64,000 nucleotides of DNA from Marivirga sp. (GCF_024636815.1 NZ_JAGXGF010000230.1:4835-68834); one strand, 5' to 3'. Shown: positions 40,210-50,043, counted from the first letter of the stretch. Notes: generated from the sequence alone by a model not told the origin. Numbers and translations are program-made.

Positions 40210-41219
40210 GTTCGTTTAATCCCATAGCACTCTGGGGTTTAACCGCTTTGGCGATTCCTATTCTCATTCATTTGTGGAGTAAGAATAAAACCAAAGAAAT
40301 TGAATTTGGTAGTATCAGATTTTTAAGGGAAAGCAGCACTTTACAGTCCAGAAAAATCACGCTTTCAGATATTCCATTATTATTAGTTCGTTTGATGATT
40401 TTGATATTCGTAGTTGCACTTTTGGCAAAATGGGTCAATTATCAGGAAGTGGAAAAACAAAAAGCTGTACTGGTGGGAGATGGTTTTAAAGTGCCTGAAG
40501 CTTATGTAAATGATGAAATCTCCGTGTTTTCCACTTCGGAGTTTAGAAATACTTCTAATGATTGGTATTTATTGGAAAAGTTTTCCCAACAAAGACCTGA
40601 AATTGATTCACTAATTTATATCAATGATTTCCAGAATACTGATTTTGTAGGAGCTATTCCCAAATTGAATTTTCATTTGGAGCTAATTACTCCATCAGAA
40701 ATCCAGAGTTCCCCAGAAAAATTAAGCCTGGATACTTTACTTATCCATTTTGATGAGCTTTCCCAATTTGTTAAAGAAAAGTATGATAAGGTATTGAGAG
40801 CAAACTATTTATATTCTGGCAAAAAGATAAATTTTAGTCTGTCAAATAAAAAGGATGCACAGTTGGTTTTTACTACTTCACAGCAGAAGCTACAAACCAA
40901 TCAAATTGTACGGAGTGACACTCTATCAAGCGATTATCTTATCTACAAGAAGCATAATGATAACTTATTGTACTTAAATGAAAATTGGCTACAAAATCCT
41001 TTGAATGAAGATATGTTTGTATCCATAGTAACCGAATTCATAGCTCAAATAATAGAACCTAATTATCAATATTCTTCATTTAAGGCAATTTACACTAGAA
41101 AGTTAGAAGCTCATGAAGAAGTAAAGAAAGCCATAACTTTTAATGAGGAGTTTTTATTGCTGATTGTCTTATTCATCATGTTGGAGAGGTACTTAAGCTA
41201 TAGAAAGAAGCATGCATAA
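40200..41219 (+). CDS. BatA N-terminal domain membrane protein
   Basis: FNPIALWGL...IPILIHL...FGSIRFL double-TM motif; C-terminal TM ending LERYL. Confidence 0.85.
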   Translation: MGMSSFNPIALWGLTALAIPILIHLWSKNKTKEIEFGSIRFLRESSTLQSRKITLSDIPLLLVRLMILIFVVALLAKWVNYQEVEKQKAVLVGDGFKVPEAYVNDEISVFSTSEFRNTSNDWYLLEKFSQQRPEIDSLIYINDFQNTDFVGAIPKLNFHLELITPSEIQSSPEKLSLDTLLIHFDELSQFVKEKYDKVLRANYLYSGKKINFSLSNKKDAQLVFTTSQQKLQTNQIVRSDTLSSDYLIYKKHNDNLLYLNENWLQNPLNEDMFVSIVTEFIAQIIEPNYQYSSFKAIYTRKLEAHEEVKKAITFNEEFLLLIVLFIMLERYLSYRKKHA

Positions 41220-43389
41220 GGACTTTCAAAAATATTGGCTGAAGATCAAAAGGCGATTTAATCTCTTGCTTGCTGCATCAATTGTGATTCCAGTTGTTGC
41301 TGGAATCTTATTGCTAATGACCATTTCCAATATTTCGCATTTGGCTGTTCCTTTTGCATTTTGGGTAGTTTACATCACCTCAATTGTTTCCTTGTTACTG
41401 CTTTGGAATTCAAGATTCCTGTGGAGCAATCAAAAGCTTATTCATTTTTTACATCAAAAATATCCTGAATTAGAATATAGTTTGTCTGTTTTTTTCAAGT
41501 CAGACTTAAATTCTATGGAAAAACTGCAGCAAAAAAAGATAATTCAACAATTGCCACCTATTCAAAGAATTACTTTTCCATTTTCTTTAAGGAATGGATT
41601 TATCTTACTGGTTCTTAGTGGTTTGTTCTATTCTTCTTCATTTGTTTATCAAATGGATTTACCCACACAAAATCAGATTATACCATTTCAAAAAGAGGCG
41701 GAGGTTTTGATTGATAGTACTACTAAGAAACCAATTCTAAACTTTGATTATCAACTTTGGGTTTATCCTCCGAACTATACACGCCTCCAAAATTTCCAAT
41801 GGCAGAAAAACAGAAAGATCGCAGAGGGAAGTAGGTTGGTTTTTACAAATCAGGGAAACATAGATATTGATTTATTATGGCAGAATCAGTATGAATTCAA
41901 TTTAAGGGAAAAGCAATCAAAATCATTTATCTTAAATCAGTCTTCTATTTTTCAGATTGAATATGAGCAAAATGATAGCCTCATTTCATTAAATCCCGAA
42001 ATTTTGGAAATGAAAAGAGATGAAACTCCAATGCTTTCTACCAATTTGAAGGAAAACCGATATGAAATCAATTGGGAGGATTTGAATAGGAATTTCAAGC
42101 TGGATTTAACAATTGAAGACGATTATGGAGTTGTATCAACTGACATTATCATGACTCTAAGTAGAGGGGATGGTGAGTCGGTTAGGTTCCGAGAGATGAA
42201 GCAGGCCATTTCAGGCATTTCTAATAAGCTTAAGAGGCAGAAAAAGAACATCAACTTACCATTGGATACTTTTTTATTAGAACCCGGTGATGAGCTTTAT
42301 TTTTACTTTTCTGCCAAAGACAATAAAAAGCCAAAAGGTAATACCGGCAGAACAGATGTTTATTTTCTTTCCATAGCGGATACGGTGGAATCAGAACCGG
42401 TAGCTTATGAAGGCTTTGCATTAACCAATGAAGCAGAATATTTTAAAAGCCAGCGACAAATCATTATCGATACAGAGAAATTGCTAAAAGATCAAAGTAA
42501 AATCAGCCAAACTGATATTGAGCAAAGAAGTAATTCTATAGGAGCTGATCAAAAATTGCTTAGACTACGATATGGTGTGTTCTTAGGTGAAGAATATGAA
42601 ACCACAGGCGGATTAGGAGAAGTGGATCACTCAGGACATGACCATGGAGTAATTAAAGGAGAAGGGAATGAGCAGGAAGATCATGATCATGATTCGCATG
42701 AAGAACAGGGGACGGAAAGTAAATTTTCCAACCCAATCTACAACGAAACGCCTGAACTTGAAGCTTATGTGCATGCACATGATGAATCAGAATTATCTAC
42801 ATTCCTGGATGCTAATGTGAAAGCCAAATTAAAAGAAGCTTTGACGAATATGTGGGAAGCGGAACTCTATCTAAGAACTTATAAGCCAAAAGAAGCTCTT
42901 CCTTTTGAGTACAAGGCACTTAAATTGATAAAGGAAGTAAAGAGGGCTTCTAGGATTTATGTGGAAAGAATGGGTTTTGAACCACCACCAATTGATGAAG
43001 AGAAAAAGCGAATGACAGGTGATTTGGATAAAATTGATGCACAAGCGACTGAAGACGATCTTGAGGAGAAGTCATTTGAGGTAAAACTGGCTGAAAGTTA
43101 TTCTCAGCTTAAATCGGCTTATCAAATGGAGCATATGAAAAGAGCAGGGATTATTCTTGATAGTTTTACGGATGATTTAGTCTCAAAAATAACTTCAGAA
43201 CCAGTACGCTATGGAAGTCTGTTAGCTGCAATTAAGCAATTTCATAATAGGCAATCAAAAGATGAATTAAGGAATGTGCTAATCATCATGGAAGATATGC
43301 TAGAAATAGCTGAATTAGAAAATACACATGAAGGGAAAAGCATTCATAGCGCTTTACATAACACTTATTACGATTTACTGAATGACTGA
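41212..43389 (+). CDS. membrane-anchored protein (DUF4175-like) of the MoxR cluster
   Basis: 3 N-terminal TMs, PPNYT, DDYGV, YFKSQRQIIIDTE, His-rich loop. Confidence 0.7.
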   Translation: MHKDFQKYWLKIKRRFNLLLAASIVIPVVAGILLLMTISNISHLAVPFAFWVVYITSIVSLLLLWNSRFLWSNQKLIHFLHQKYPELEYSLSVFFKSDLNSMEKLQQKKIIQQLPPIQRITFPFSLRNGFILLVLSGLFYSSSFVYQMDLPTQNQIIPFQKEAEVLIDSTTKKPILNFDYQLWVYPPNYTRLQNFQWQKNRKIAEGSRLVFTNQGNIDIDLLWQNQYEFNLREKQSKSFILNQSSIFQIEYEQNDSLISLNPEILEMKRDETPMLSTNLKENRYEINWEDLNRNFKLDLTIEDDYGVVSTDIIMTLSRGDGESVRFREMKQAISGISNKLKRQKKNINLPLDTFLLEPGDELYFYFSAKDNKKPKGNTGRTDVYFLSIADTVESEPVAYEGFALTNEAEYFKSQRQIIIDTEKLLKDQSKISQTDIEQRSNSIGADQKLLRLRYGVFLGEEYETTGGLGEVDHSGHDHGVIKGEGNEQEDHDHDSHEEQGTESKFSNPIYNETPELEAYVHAHDESELSTFLDANVKAKLKEALTNMWEAELYLRTYKPKEALPFEYKALKLIKEVKRASRIYVERMGFEPPPIDEEKKRMTGDLDKIDAQATEDDLEEKSFEVKLAESYSQLKSAYQMEHMKRAGIILDSFTDDLVSKITSEPVRYGSLLAAIKQFHNRQSKDELRNVLIIMEDMLEIAELENTHEGKSIHSALHNTYYDLLND

Positions 43390-45091
43390 TTTGATGGGAA
43401 ATATCGGTTGGGAAAATACTATTGAAGTATGGCATTTGGCGGTGCTTTTCATTGTTTTTATTTTGGGTTTCTTATGGGAAATAAAAAAACAAAAACCTCG
43501 AAAAGTATGGAGGGTTATTGCTTTACTGTTGACCTTTATTTCATTATATATCATTTATTTATCGCCTTACACTTTAATTAAAAAACCACAGTATTCAGTA
43601 TTACTCATTAGTCAGAATATATCTGAAAATAGAATTGATTCTTTAAGTAATGAATATAATTTACCCCTCCTCCATCAGCAATCAAATTCAAAGTTTAAGG
43701 AAGTGGGTAAAGATCCGATAACAACTATATCGCAACTCCATTATCAAATTGATACGGCATTTGTTTACGGTTATTTCCCACAATTAAATCCAGTAAATTA
43801 TCAGTTTCGAAGTGATATTGAAATCCAAAAAGGGATTCAAATTGACTATCCTAAATCGATTGCATTGGGAGATAGTTTAAGTATTCGTATACAGAATCGC
43901 GAGAAGAGAGAAGTTAATATCTCAGCAATTATCGGTAATGATAGTATTTCAAAATCTATTTCAGGAAATGGTCAAAGTCATATTTCAATTCTACCAAAGT
44001 CATCAGGCTATATTTTATCAGAAATTAGTACGGAAAATGAGAATTATCACTTTGCAGTTAAGGTGGAAGAATCTGAACAATATGTCATTCAAATCCTTTC
44101 TGCTGTTCCTGATTTCGAATGGAAATTCTTAGGTGATTTTCTTAAATCTAAAGAGCATTCAGTTTATCAGAAAACCCAAATCTCCAAAGGCAAATTCAAA
44201 TCTTCATTTTTCAATTGGCATGATTCATTGCAATTCGATAGGGGAGTTGCAAAGAAATTGAAATTACTTTTTGCCGATACAAAAGCATGGGAAGATCTAG
44301 CACCGAATATTAGAAATCGATTTTTGAAAACCCTAAAGCAAAATAGAGGGAGTTTAATTTTTAGAACTAACCCAAACAGCCAAATTCAGCTTGATTTAGA
44401 CAAGTCTAAACCTACTAATATTTTTAGTACAAGTGATAATTTACTTGAATTAAATAATTATAACTATTTACAATTCAATAATCTATATCAATTAGATGAA
44501 GTGGCTAAAAATGCTGTTTTTAGAAAAGTTACTCCCGAAGTGATCTATGGTATAATTAATTTTCAAAATAGTTTCCAACTCAAATTATCAGGAAAAGATA
44601 AGGAATATGAACGGATTTGGTCTCCAGTTTTTAATCAATTACTAAGGAAACCTTCGGAGTTTTTTAATGATAAAACGAAATGGGCAGTGCAGTATCAGCC
44701 TTTCTTTTTCAGACTTTGGTCTGGTGAAGAGCTAGATGAAATCTCCATTTTTAATCTTCAAAATGATACCATCAAATTGAAATTTTTGCCTGATAAAATT
44801 TTTCCCGAAAGACAACATTTTATGTTTTATCCAAAGACAGTGGGGTGGCATTTTGTAAATTTGAAAAGTCAGAAAGAACCGATTCCATTTTATGTTCATT
44901 CGGAAGCTCAAGGAATTCAATCAGAATTCTTAAGTAATTACAATTATGATTACCTAAATTATCTTAATTTTGAAGTTTCAAATATTCAGGCGGAAGAAGA
45001 TAAGTATAATCAAGAATTTGTAACATTATGGTTCTTTTTGTTGTTTCTGCTGAGTATAGGATATTTATGGATTGAAGATAAAATTACCTGA
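43382..45091 (+). CDS. hypothetical membrane protein of the MoxR cluster
   Basis: 2 N-terminal TMs, PDFEWKFL..FL, C-terminal TM ending WIEDK; overlaps the upstream gene. Confidence 0.7.
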   Translation: MTDLMGNIGWENTIEVWHLAVLFIVFILGFLWEIKKQKPRKVWRVIALLLTFISLYIIYLSPYTLIKKPQYSVLLISQNISENRIDSLSNEYNLPLLHQQSNSKFKEVGKDPITTISQLHYQIDTAFVYGYFPQLNPVNYQFRSDIEIQKGIQIDYPKSIALGDSLSIRIQNREKREVNISAIIGNDSISKSISGNGQSHISILPKSSGYILSEISTENENYHFAVKVEESEQYVIQILSAVPDFEWKFLGDFLKSKEHSVYQKTQISKGKFKSSFFNWHDSLQFDRGVAKKLKLLFADTKAWEDLAPNIRNRFLKTLKQNRGSLIFRTNPNSQIQLDLDKSKPTNIFSTSDNLLELNNYNYLQFNNLYQLDEVAKNAVFRKVTPEVIYGIINFQNSFQLKLSGKDKEYERIWSPVFNQLLRKPSEFFNDKTKWAVQYQPFFFRLWSGEELDEISIFNLQNDTIKLKFLPDKIFPERQHFMFYPKTVGWHFVNLKSQKEPIPFYVHSEAQGIQSEFLSNYNYDYLNYLNFEVSNIQAEEDKYNQEFVTLWFFLLFLLSIGYLWIEDKIT

Positions 45092-45092
45092 A

Positions 45093-46562
45093 ATGAAGCT
45101 AAACTTTTTGATGCTATGCATTGTACTTTTTACCACACCAGCTTTAGCTCAATATAATAGTGAATACCAGAATTTACCTGAATCTGTTTCCATAAATCAA
45201 TCCATTGATTTACTTTCTGCTTATATACAAAGAGAAAGTGTTTCAGGTAGTGAGAAAGAAGCCGCTATTTTCATTGAGGATTACATTTTAACTACTGATT
45301 TACACTTAAAAGTTTTTTCTGATTTTTCAGATAATTATAATCTGGCTGCTTCACTTTACCCTTTAAGCAGTGGTAAGCCCAATATTGTTTTACAAAGCCA
45401 TATAGATGTCGTTCCTGTAGAAGATTTAGATGATTGGGAACATGATCCTTATAGTGGTCATTTTGATGGTGAATACATTCATGGAAGAGGTGCCCTGGAT
45501 GCAAAAGGATTAGGCATCATGCAATTGAAAGCGTTAGAAGGTTTTAAACAGGATTATGATACCGCTGATTTACCTTTTAATGTAACAGTGCTTTTCCTTT
45601 CTGGTGAAGAAACTGGCGGAAAAAATGGTGCAAGGTATCTTATGGAAAATTTTGAAGAAGAATTAAATGCTGACGTAGTTCTGGGAGAAGGTGGTGCAGG
45701 CTATCAGAATGTTCTTAAAAATAAACCTGATAAAGTAGTATTTGGCGTTTCTATTGCTGAAAAGCAAAGCTTGTGGTTACAATTGAAAATCAATAGCAAT
45801 TCAGCTGGGCATGGTGCCGCTCCTTCAAAGGACTATGCTAACATGCAATTAATTAATAGCTTGAATAAGCTGACCAACCGAAGGGTATTATTGCTTTTTA
45901 ATAGAAGTACGAGAAGGATGTTTAGGAGCCTGGGAAGGGCAGAAGGAGGAGTTAGAGGGTTTTTTATACGAAATATTAATTGGTCTATTTTAGCACCTTT
46001 TGTGCGAAAACAAATTGAAAGAGAGTCTTTTTTATCTTCTCTATTGACTAATACCGTTACAGTCACCAATATTTATAATCCGCCAGGCCCCCCTAATCAA
46101 ATCAGTAATTCTGCCACAGCAGTATTGGATTGTCGATTGGTACCAGGTACTTCTTCTAAAAGTTTTATTCGCTACATTGAAAGAAAATTAGACAATGATA
46201 ACGTCAAAGTTTCGGTTATCTCAGAAAGTCCGGAAGCCCAGCCATCGCGCTTAAATAAGTACTACAAAGCATTGGAAGATGCCATAGCCACAAGTTATCC
46301 GGATGCGGAAACTATTCCATTTTTATTTCCAGCTACTAGTGATAATAGTCTTTTTAGGTCTTATGATATTCCATCTTATGGATTGATTCCTGCAGTGGTG
46401 ACTGAACGAGATATTAATAGCATTCATAGTAATAATGAAAGGATTAGCTTGGATGTATTAAAATCTGGGATTGTTATTTATTATAACTTTATAAAAGAAT
46501 TGCAGTTAAAAGAACCGTTTTCCTTATTTGGAAATAATGATGAAGAATCTGAATCAAAATGA
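45093..46562 (+). CDS. M20/M25/M40 family metallo-hydrolase, secreted
   Basis: Signal peptide (ALA-Q), SHIDVVP, GRGALDAKG, EETGG, IHSNNERI. Confidence 0.92.
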   Translation: MKLNFLMLCIVLFTTPALAQYNSEYQNLPESVSINQSIDLLSAYIQRESVSGSEKEAAIFIEDYILTTDLHLKVFSDFSDNYNLAASLYPLSSGKPNIVLQSHIDVVPVEDLDDWEHDPYSGHFDGEYIHGRGALDAKGLGIMQLKALEGFKQDYDTADLPFNVTVLFLSGEETGGKNGARYLMENFEEELNADVVLGEGGAGYQNVLKNKPDKVVFGVSIAEKQSLWLQLKINSNSAGHGAAPSKDYANMQLINSLNKLTNRRVLLLFNRSTRRMFRSLGRAEGGVRGFFIRNINWSILAPFVRKQIERESFLSSLLTNTVTVTNIYNPPGPPNQISNSATAVLDCRLVPGTSSKSFIRYIERKLDNDNVKVSVISESPEAQPSRLNKYYKALEDAIATSYPDAETIPFLFPATSDNSLFRSYDIPSYGLIPAVVTERDINSIHSNNERISLDVLKSGIVIYYNFIKELQLKEPFSLFGNNDEESESK

Positions 46563-46741
46563 AAAAGTCTAGAGTATTTCTACTTATCGCAGTTCTATTT
46601 ATGCTGATTGTTTTTTATGTGGTTTATGATATGTCCACTAAAACCAAATTCCGGAAATTTGGTGATGAAACTGAAAAAAATAAATCCGTTAAAGATAGTG
46701 TTAAGCATAAGGATCCAATGGAAATAGAAATCCGAAGATAA
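46559..46741 (+). CDS. small single-TM protein
   Basis: 60 aa, N-terminal TM, ATGA overlap with the upstream gene. Confidence 0.65.
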   Translation: MKKSRVFLLIAVLFMLIVFYVVYDMSTKTKFRKFGDETEKNKSVKDSVKHKDPMEIEIRR

Positions 46742-46748
46742 ATGGCAT

Positions 46749-47213
46749 ATGAGCGAAGCAGGTAAGAAAATAGATATAGACAAAATAGATTTAGAGAAAA
46801 TGAAGGAGGGCACTACCGATAAGCCCGGAACCATTGCATTCCCTCATCATTCTGGTAGTGCTATCATTAAGCCCACCGACAGAGGCAAAATTAAAGGTCA
46901 TGCCGTTTCTGCTATGCATGAGCAAACAGACAGGCAGATGACGCAACTTTATGAGCAAATGCAACTGTTGGCCAAGCAAGCTAATGACTTAAAAAGCAGA
47001 GTTGAAATTTCAGAACGCATCTACTTAGCTAAAATCAATTTTGAGCCCCTTATTAATCATACCTATCATATGTATGAAGGCGCTGATGGGAAAGATATTT
47101 TATCCTTAATAGGACCCGGTGAATGGGGCAGAAGCCAGATTAATATGAAGTATTTGGCAACTGTGAAGTTACTTGCTGATCATACTTGGGAGGTTATTGA
47201 GAAGGCCCCCTAA
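46749..47213 (+). CDS. DUF2452-like protein
   Basis: AKINFEP....YHMY, LSLIGPGEW, VKLLADHTWE. Confidence 0.75.
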   Translation: MSEAGKKIDIDKIDLEKMKEGTTDKPGTIAFPHHSGSAIIKPTDRGKIKGHAVSAMHEQTDRQMTQLYEQMQLLAKQANDLKSRVEISERIYLAKINFEPLINHTYHMYEGADGKDILSLIGPGEWGRSQINMKYLATVKLLADHTWEVIEKAP

Positions 47214-47377
47214 CCCCCAAAGGGGGAACATAGCCCAGAACTGGCTTGGCATTTTAATTTGATATGGTTTCTTTCAAAAACTTAACTAAAGTTTTGAAAA
47301 ATGAATGATGGAATTGGAATTTACTTCTTATTCTATTCCGTGCGTTCTTCCCCCTTTGGGGGAAAAAGAAAGGGGGC
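47205..47377. repeat. REPIN-like inverted pair (family C)
   Basis: GCCCCCTAACCCCCAAAGGGGGAA (47205-47228) and inverted TTCCCCCTTTGGGGGAAAAAGAAAGGGGGC (47348-47377). Confidence 0.8.
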
Positions 47378-47386
47378 TGGGGCTGT

Positions 47387-48004
47387 TTAAATCAACTTAT
47401 TGTCATGCGCAAACTGAATCAATTGCGTAGTATTATTAACCCCTGTCTTATTCAATATATTCTTTCTATGCGTGCTGACGGTATGCTTGGAAATAAAAAG
47501 CTGCTCTGCTATTTCATTTGTGCCTAACCCTTTTGCTAATAATTTAATCACTTCAATTTCTCGGTCGCCTAATTTATAGGCCGCAATTTCCTCATTTGGA
47601 TTCGCGAAATCCTGAATTTTATCATAATAAAACTTTCCACTTTGAACCCTTAAAATAGCCTCATAGAGCTCTTTACCGGAATTATTTTTCAACAGACAAC
47701 CATCAATTCCGATTTTTATGATTTCATCTATAAAAGATTTCTGTGCATACATGGTGAGCATGATAATCTTAATATTGGGATAATCTTTTTTAAGGATTTT
47801 TGCACAACTGATTCCATCCATTTCCGGCATATTGATATCCATAACGGCCACATCCACTTCATTTTCTTTCACATATTCGATCACCGCTTTTCCATTAGGG
47901 AATTGTCCAATAATTTCAAGTTCTTCATGACTATTCAAAACTTCTGTTAGTCCATCTAAAATAATTTGATGGTCATCTGCCAATATGATTTTTATTTTAT
48001 TCAT
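47387..48004 (-). CDS. NarL/LuxR-family response regulator
   Basis: ADDH, MDINMPEMDG, C-terminal REIEVIKLL...IAEQLFISKHTVSTHRKNI HTH. Confidence 0.95.
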   Translation of the reverse strand: MNKIKIILADDHQIILDGLTEVLNSHEELEIIGQFPNGKAVIEYVKENEVDVAVMDINMPEMDGISCAKILKKDYPNIKIIMLTMYAQKSFIDEIIKIGIDGCLLKNNSGKELYEAILRVQSGKFYYDKIQDFANPNEEIAAYKLGDREIEVIKLLAKGLGTNEIAEQLFISKHTVSTHRKNILNKTGVNNTTQLIQFAHDNKLI

Positions 48005-48797
48005 TTAAAGGGATTTCAATTATAACCGCTAAGCCTTTATTGGGAGCCGTATCCAATGTGATTTTCCCGTTTAGCTTGCTGACTCTGTTTTCAATGTTTT
48101 GGATACCAATGCCTTTTTTCAATTGCTCATCCTGCATGTCAAACCCTAGCCCGTCATCTTCATAAATAACATTAATATATTCATTTTTAAGTTCAAAAAC
48201 CTCCAAGCGGATATTTTTAGCTTGTGCATGCTTTAAGGTATTATTCACTAACTCCTGCACTATTCGATAAAGCTCTGTATTGACTTCATTGGATAAACTA
48301 CCGCTTAATTGGATTTCAAAATGGGTTTGCAAATTGGTCAATTCCTCAAGGGTGGAAGCCAGATCCATCAGTGAAGCTTGCAACCCAAAATGCTTTAAAA
48401 GACCAGAATCCAAGCTGTGGGAAATTTTCCGTGTTTCATCAGCAGCTTTTTGAATGAGGTTATCCAATTTTTTGAGCCTCTTGAGTTGAGCTGGCTCTAA
48501 ATCCTCTTTAGGAAACGAATCAAGCGAAAGATTAGCGGTGACCAGCAAACTTCCTAAGTTATCATGCAATTCCTTGGAAACTCTTTTGCGTTCCTGTTCT
48601 TGGCCTTCCAATAATGCATAAGCATTCTTTAATTCCTGTTGATTGAGCAAATCTTCAATTTCTTGATAGGCTACTTTACGTTTTAATAGTTTCCTTTGAT
48701 AGAAAAAGACAAAGAGGATAATTCCCACTGCTAAGGCAAGCATACCAGAGGCTCCAACAGCTAAAGTTAATATCACTATCTCTTTTGAACCATCCAT
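47997..48797 (-). CDS. HisKA_3 histidine kinase with one TM and no sensor domain
   Basis: QEQERKRVSKELHDNLGS H-box, QELVNNTLKHA, DDGLGF, GIGIQN; only 266 aa. Confidence 0.93.
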   Translation of the reverse strand: MDGSKEIVILTLAVGASGMLALAVGIILFVFFYQRKLLKRKVAYQEIEDLLNQQELKNAYALLEGQEQERKRVSKELHDNLGSLLVTANLSLDSFPKEDLEPAQLKRLKKLDNLIQKAADETRKISHSLDSGLLKHFGLQASLMDLASTLEELTNLQTHFEIQLSGSLSNEVNTELYRIVQELVNNTLKHAQAKNIRLEVFELKNEYINVIYEDDGLGFDMQDEQLKKGIGIQNIENRVSKLNGKITLDTAPNKGLAVIIEIPLNE

Positions 48798-49405
48798 ATG
48801 CCTGTGGCAAAGATTAAATTTTTCATGATATTTCCGATATTATGCACCTGCCATAAAGTGTAATCAAACACCTCTATAAGAATTTCGGTAGCTAGTAAAA
48901 ATGGAAAAAACGCTAAGGAAAAATAAATTAAAATACCCACATTGTACCAAAATTGCGGAGCCTCAGTTTTGAATATATCAGCCTCTAACGTATAAATCTG
49001 ATAAAAATAATACAAAGAAAGTATAATGAATATTAAACATCTAATGGTTAGGGAAAAAGTAAATAAATCATAAACTGGATTTTTAAAAAATAATTCTAAA
49101 ACAAAAGTTATTAGAAAAAAGAGGAGCATTATTAAAACAAGAATGCCCCTCTTTTTTAAAAGTTCATAGAAAAAGTAAAGAAACAATAGAGTTTCTATCA
49201 AAATATAAATAAGAATGTAAATATAATTTCTTCCTTCGATTAAGTATTTTAAAGTGATATCAGTAGTGAAAGAAAGAACAACTATTGCTATTATAATTTG
49301 GTCAATTATTAAAAAATGACTTCTTCTTCTAATGAATAGAATCACTATTAAAATTAAAGGTGAATAATTAGATAAGTATCTTAATGTGTCTATAAAAATT
49401 TCCAT
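48776..49405 (-). CDS. 7-TM integral membrane protein, putative receptor subunit
   Basis: Seven hydrophobic segments by eye, PQFWYNVGILIYF, HNIGNIMKN; overlaps the kinase start. Confidence 0.78.
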   Translation of the reverse strand: MEIFIDTLRYLSNYSPLILIVILFIRRRSHFLIIDQIIIAIVVLSFTTDITLKYLIEGRNYIYILIYILIETLLFLYFFYELLKKRGILVLIMLLFFLITFVLELFFKNPVYDLFTFSLTIRCLIFIILSLYYFYQIYTLEADIFKTEAPQFWYNVGILIYFSLAFFPFLLATEILIEVFDYTLWQVHNIGNIMKNLIFATGIWMVQKR

Positions 49406-49458
49406 TATTATTTTATAATATATAGGAAGATAATTTGAATAGCTGATTTAATTTTTCA

Positions 49459-50043
49459 CTACTCACAATCAGTTGGACAAGGGTTTGATACATTAAGAAT
49501 AGGGTCTTCGTCCACTAAATCTTTTTTCAAGTCAGGATTTCCTAAATCAGGAAAGTCTTTATTTTCTTTGGTTACTGCTATCATAAATACATCAAAATAT
49601 TTTTTACCCTTCGCTTTAGAGATAGTTCTATAAACTCTCACACCAGTTAAATCCAAAGTATCTTGAGCCTTATTTATTTTATCAATTCTATGAATTAATT
49701 CCCTCATTTTTTGAAGTCCAAAAATATAACCGTAAGAATTATGGATGCGGGGATTTCCTGGGTTTTTGCTACGGTAATCTCTTATACTATCTAATTTTGC
49801 TTTTGCAATATCAAAAGAGATAAACTCGCCCAAATCTGGATCAACCCCGTTTGCAAGTTGGTCTGCGAAATAATTTGATAATTCCTTATCTAAGTGAGAC
49901 TTACTGTAATCATCAGTTTTCACTTCTTTTGGTACTTCTTCCACTATTGGCTTGTCAATATCATTTTCAACTGTTGAAAAATGATAGATAACCATTGCAA
50001 TTAATGCTAGAAATAATACAAGTGTACTTATTTTGTAGTTCAT
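49459..50043 (-). CDS. exported/membrane-anchored protein with GVRVY motif and C-terminal PCPxxC
   Basis: N-terminal hydrophobic helix; ends DPILNVSNPCPTDCE; ATG 50043 (TTG 50049 alternative). Confidence 0.78.
   Translation of the reverse strand: MNYKISTLVLFLALIAMVIYHFSTVENDIDKPIVEEVPKEVKTDDYSKSHLDKELSNYFADQLANGVDPDLGEFISFDIAKAKLDSIRDYRSKNPGNPRIHNSYGYIFGLQKMRELIHRIDKINKAQDTLDLTGVRVYRTISKAKGKKYFDVFMIAVTKENKDFPDLGNPDLKKDLVDEDPILNVSNPCPTDCE

Noticed and set aside
48776-49405. 7-TM protein as a microbial rhodopsin (Lys in TM7)
   Set aside because: No DxxxK/SxxxK spacing (reads GNIMK) and no RYxDW-type helix C motif
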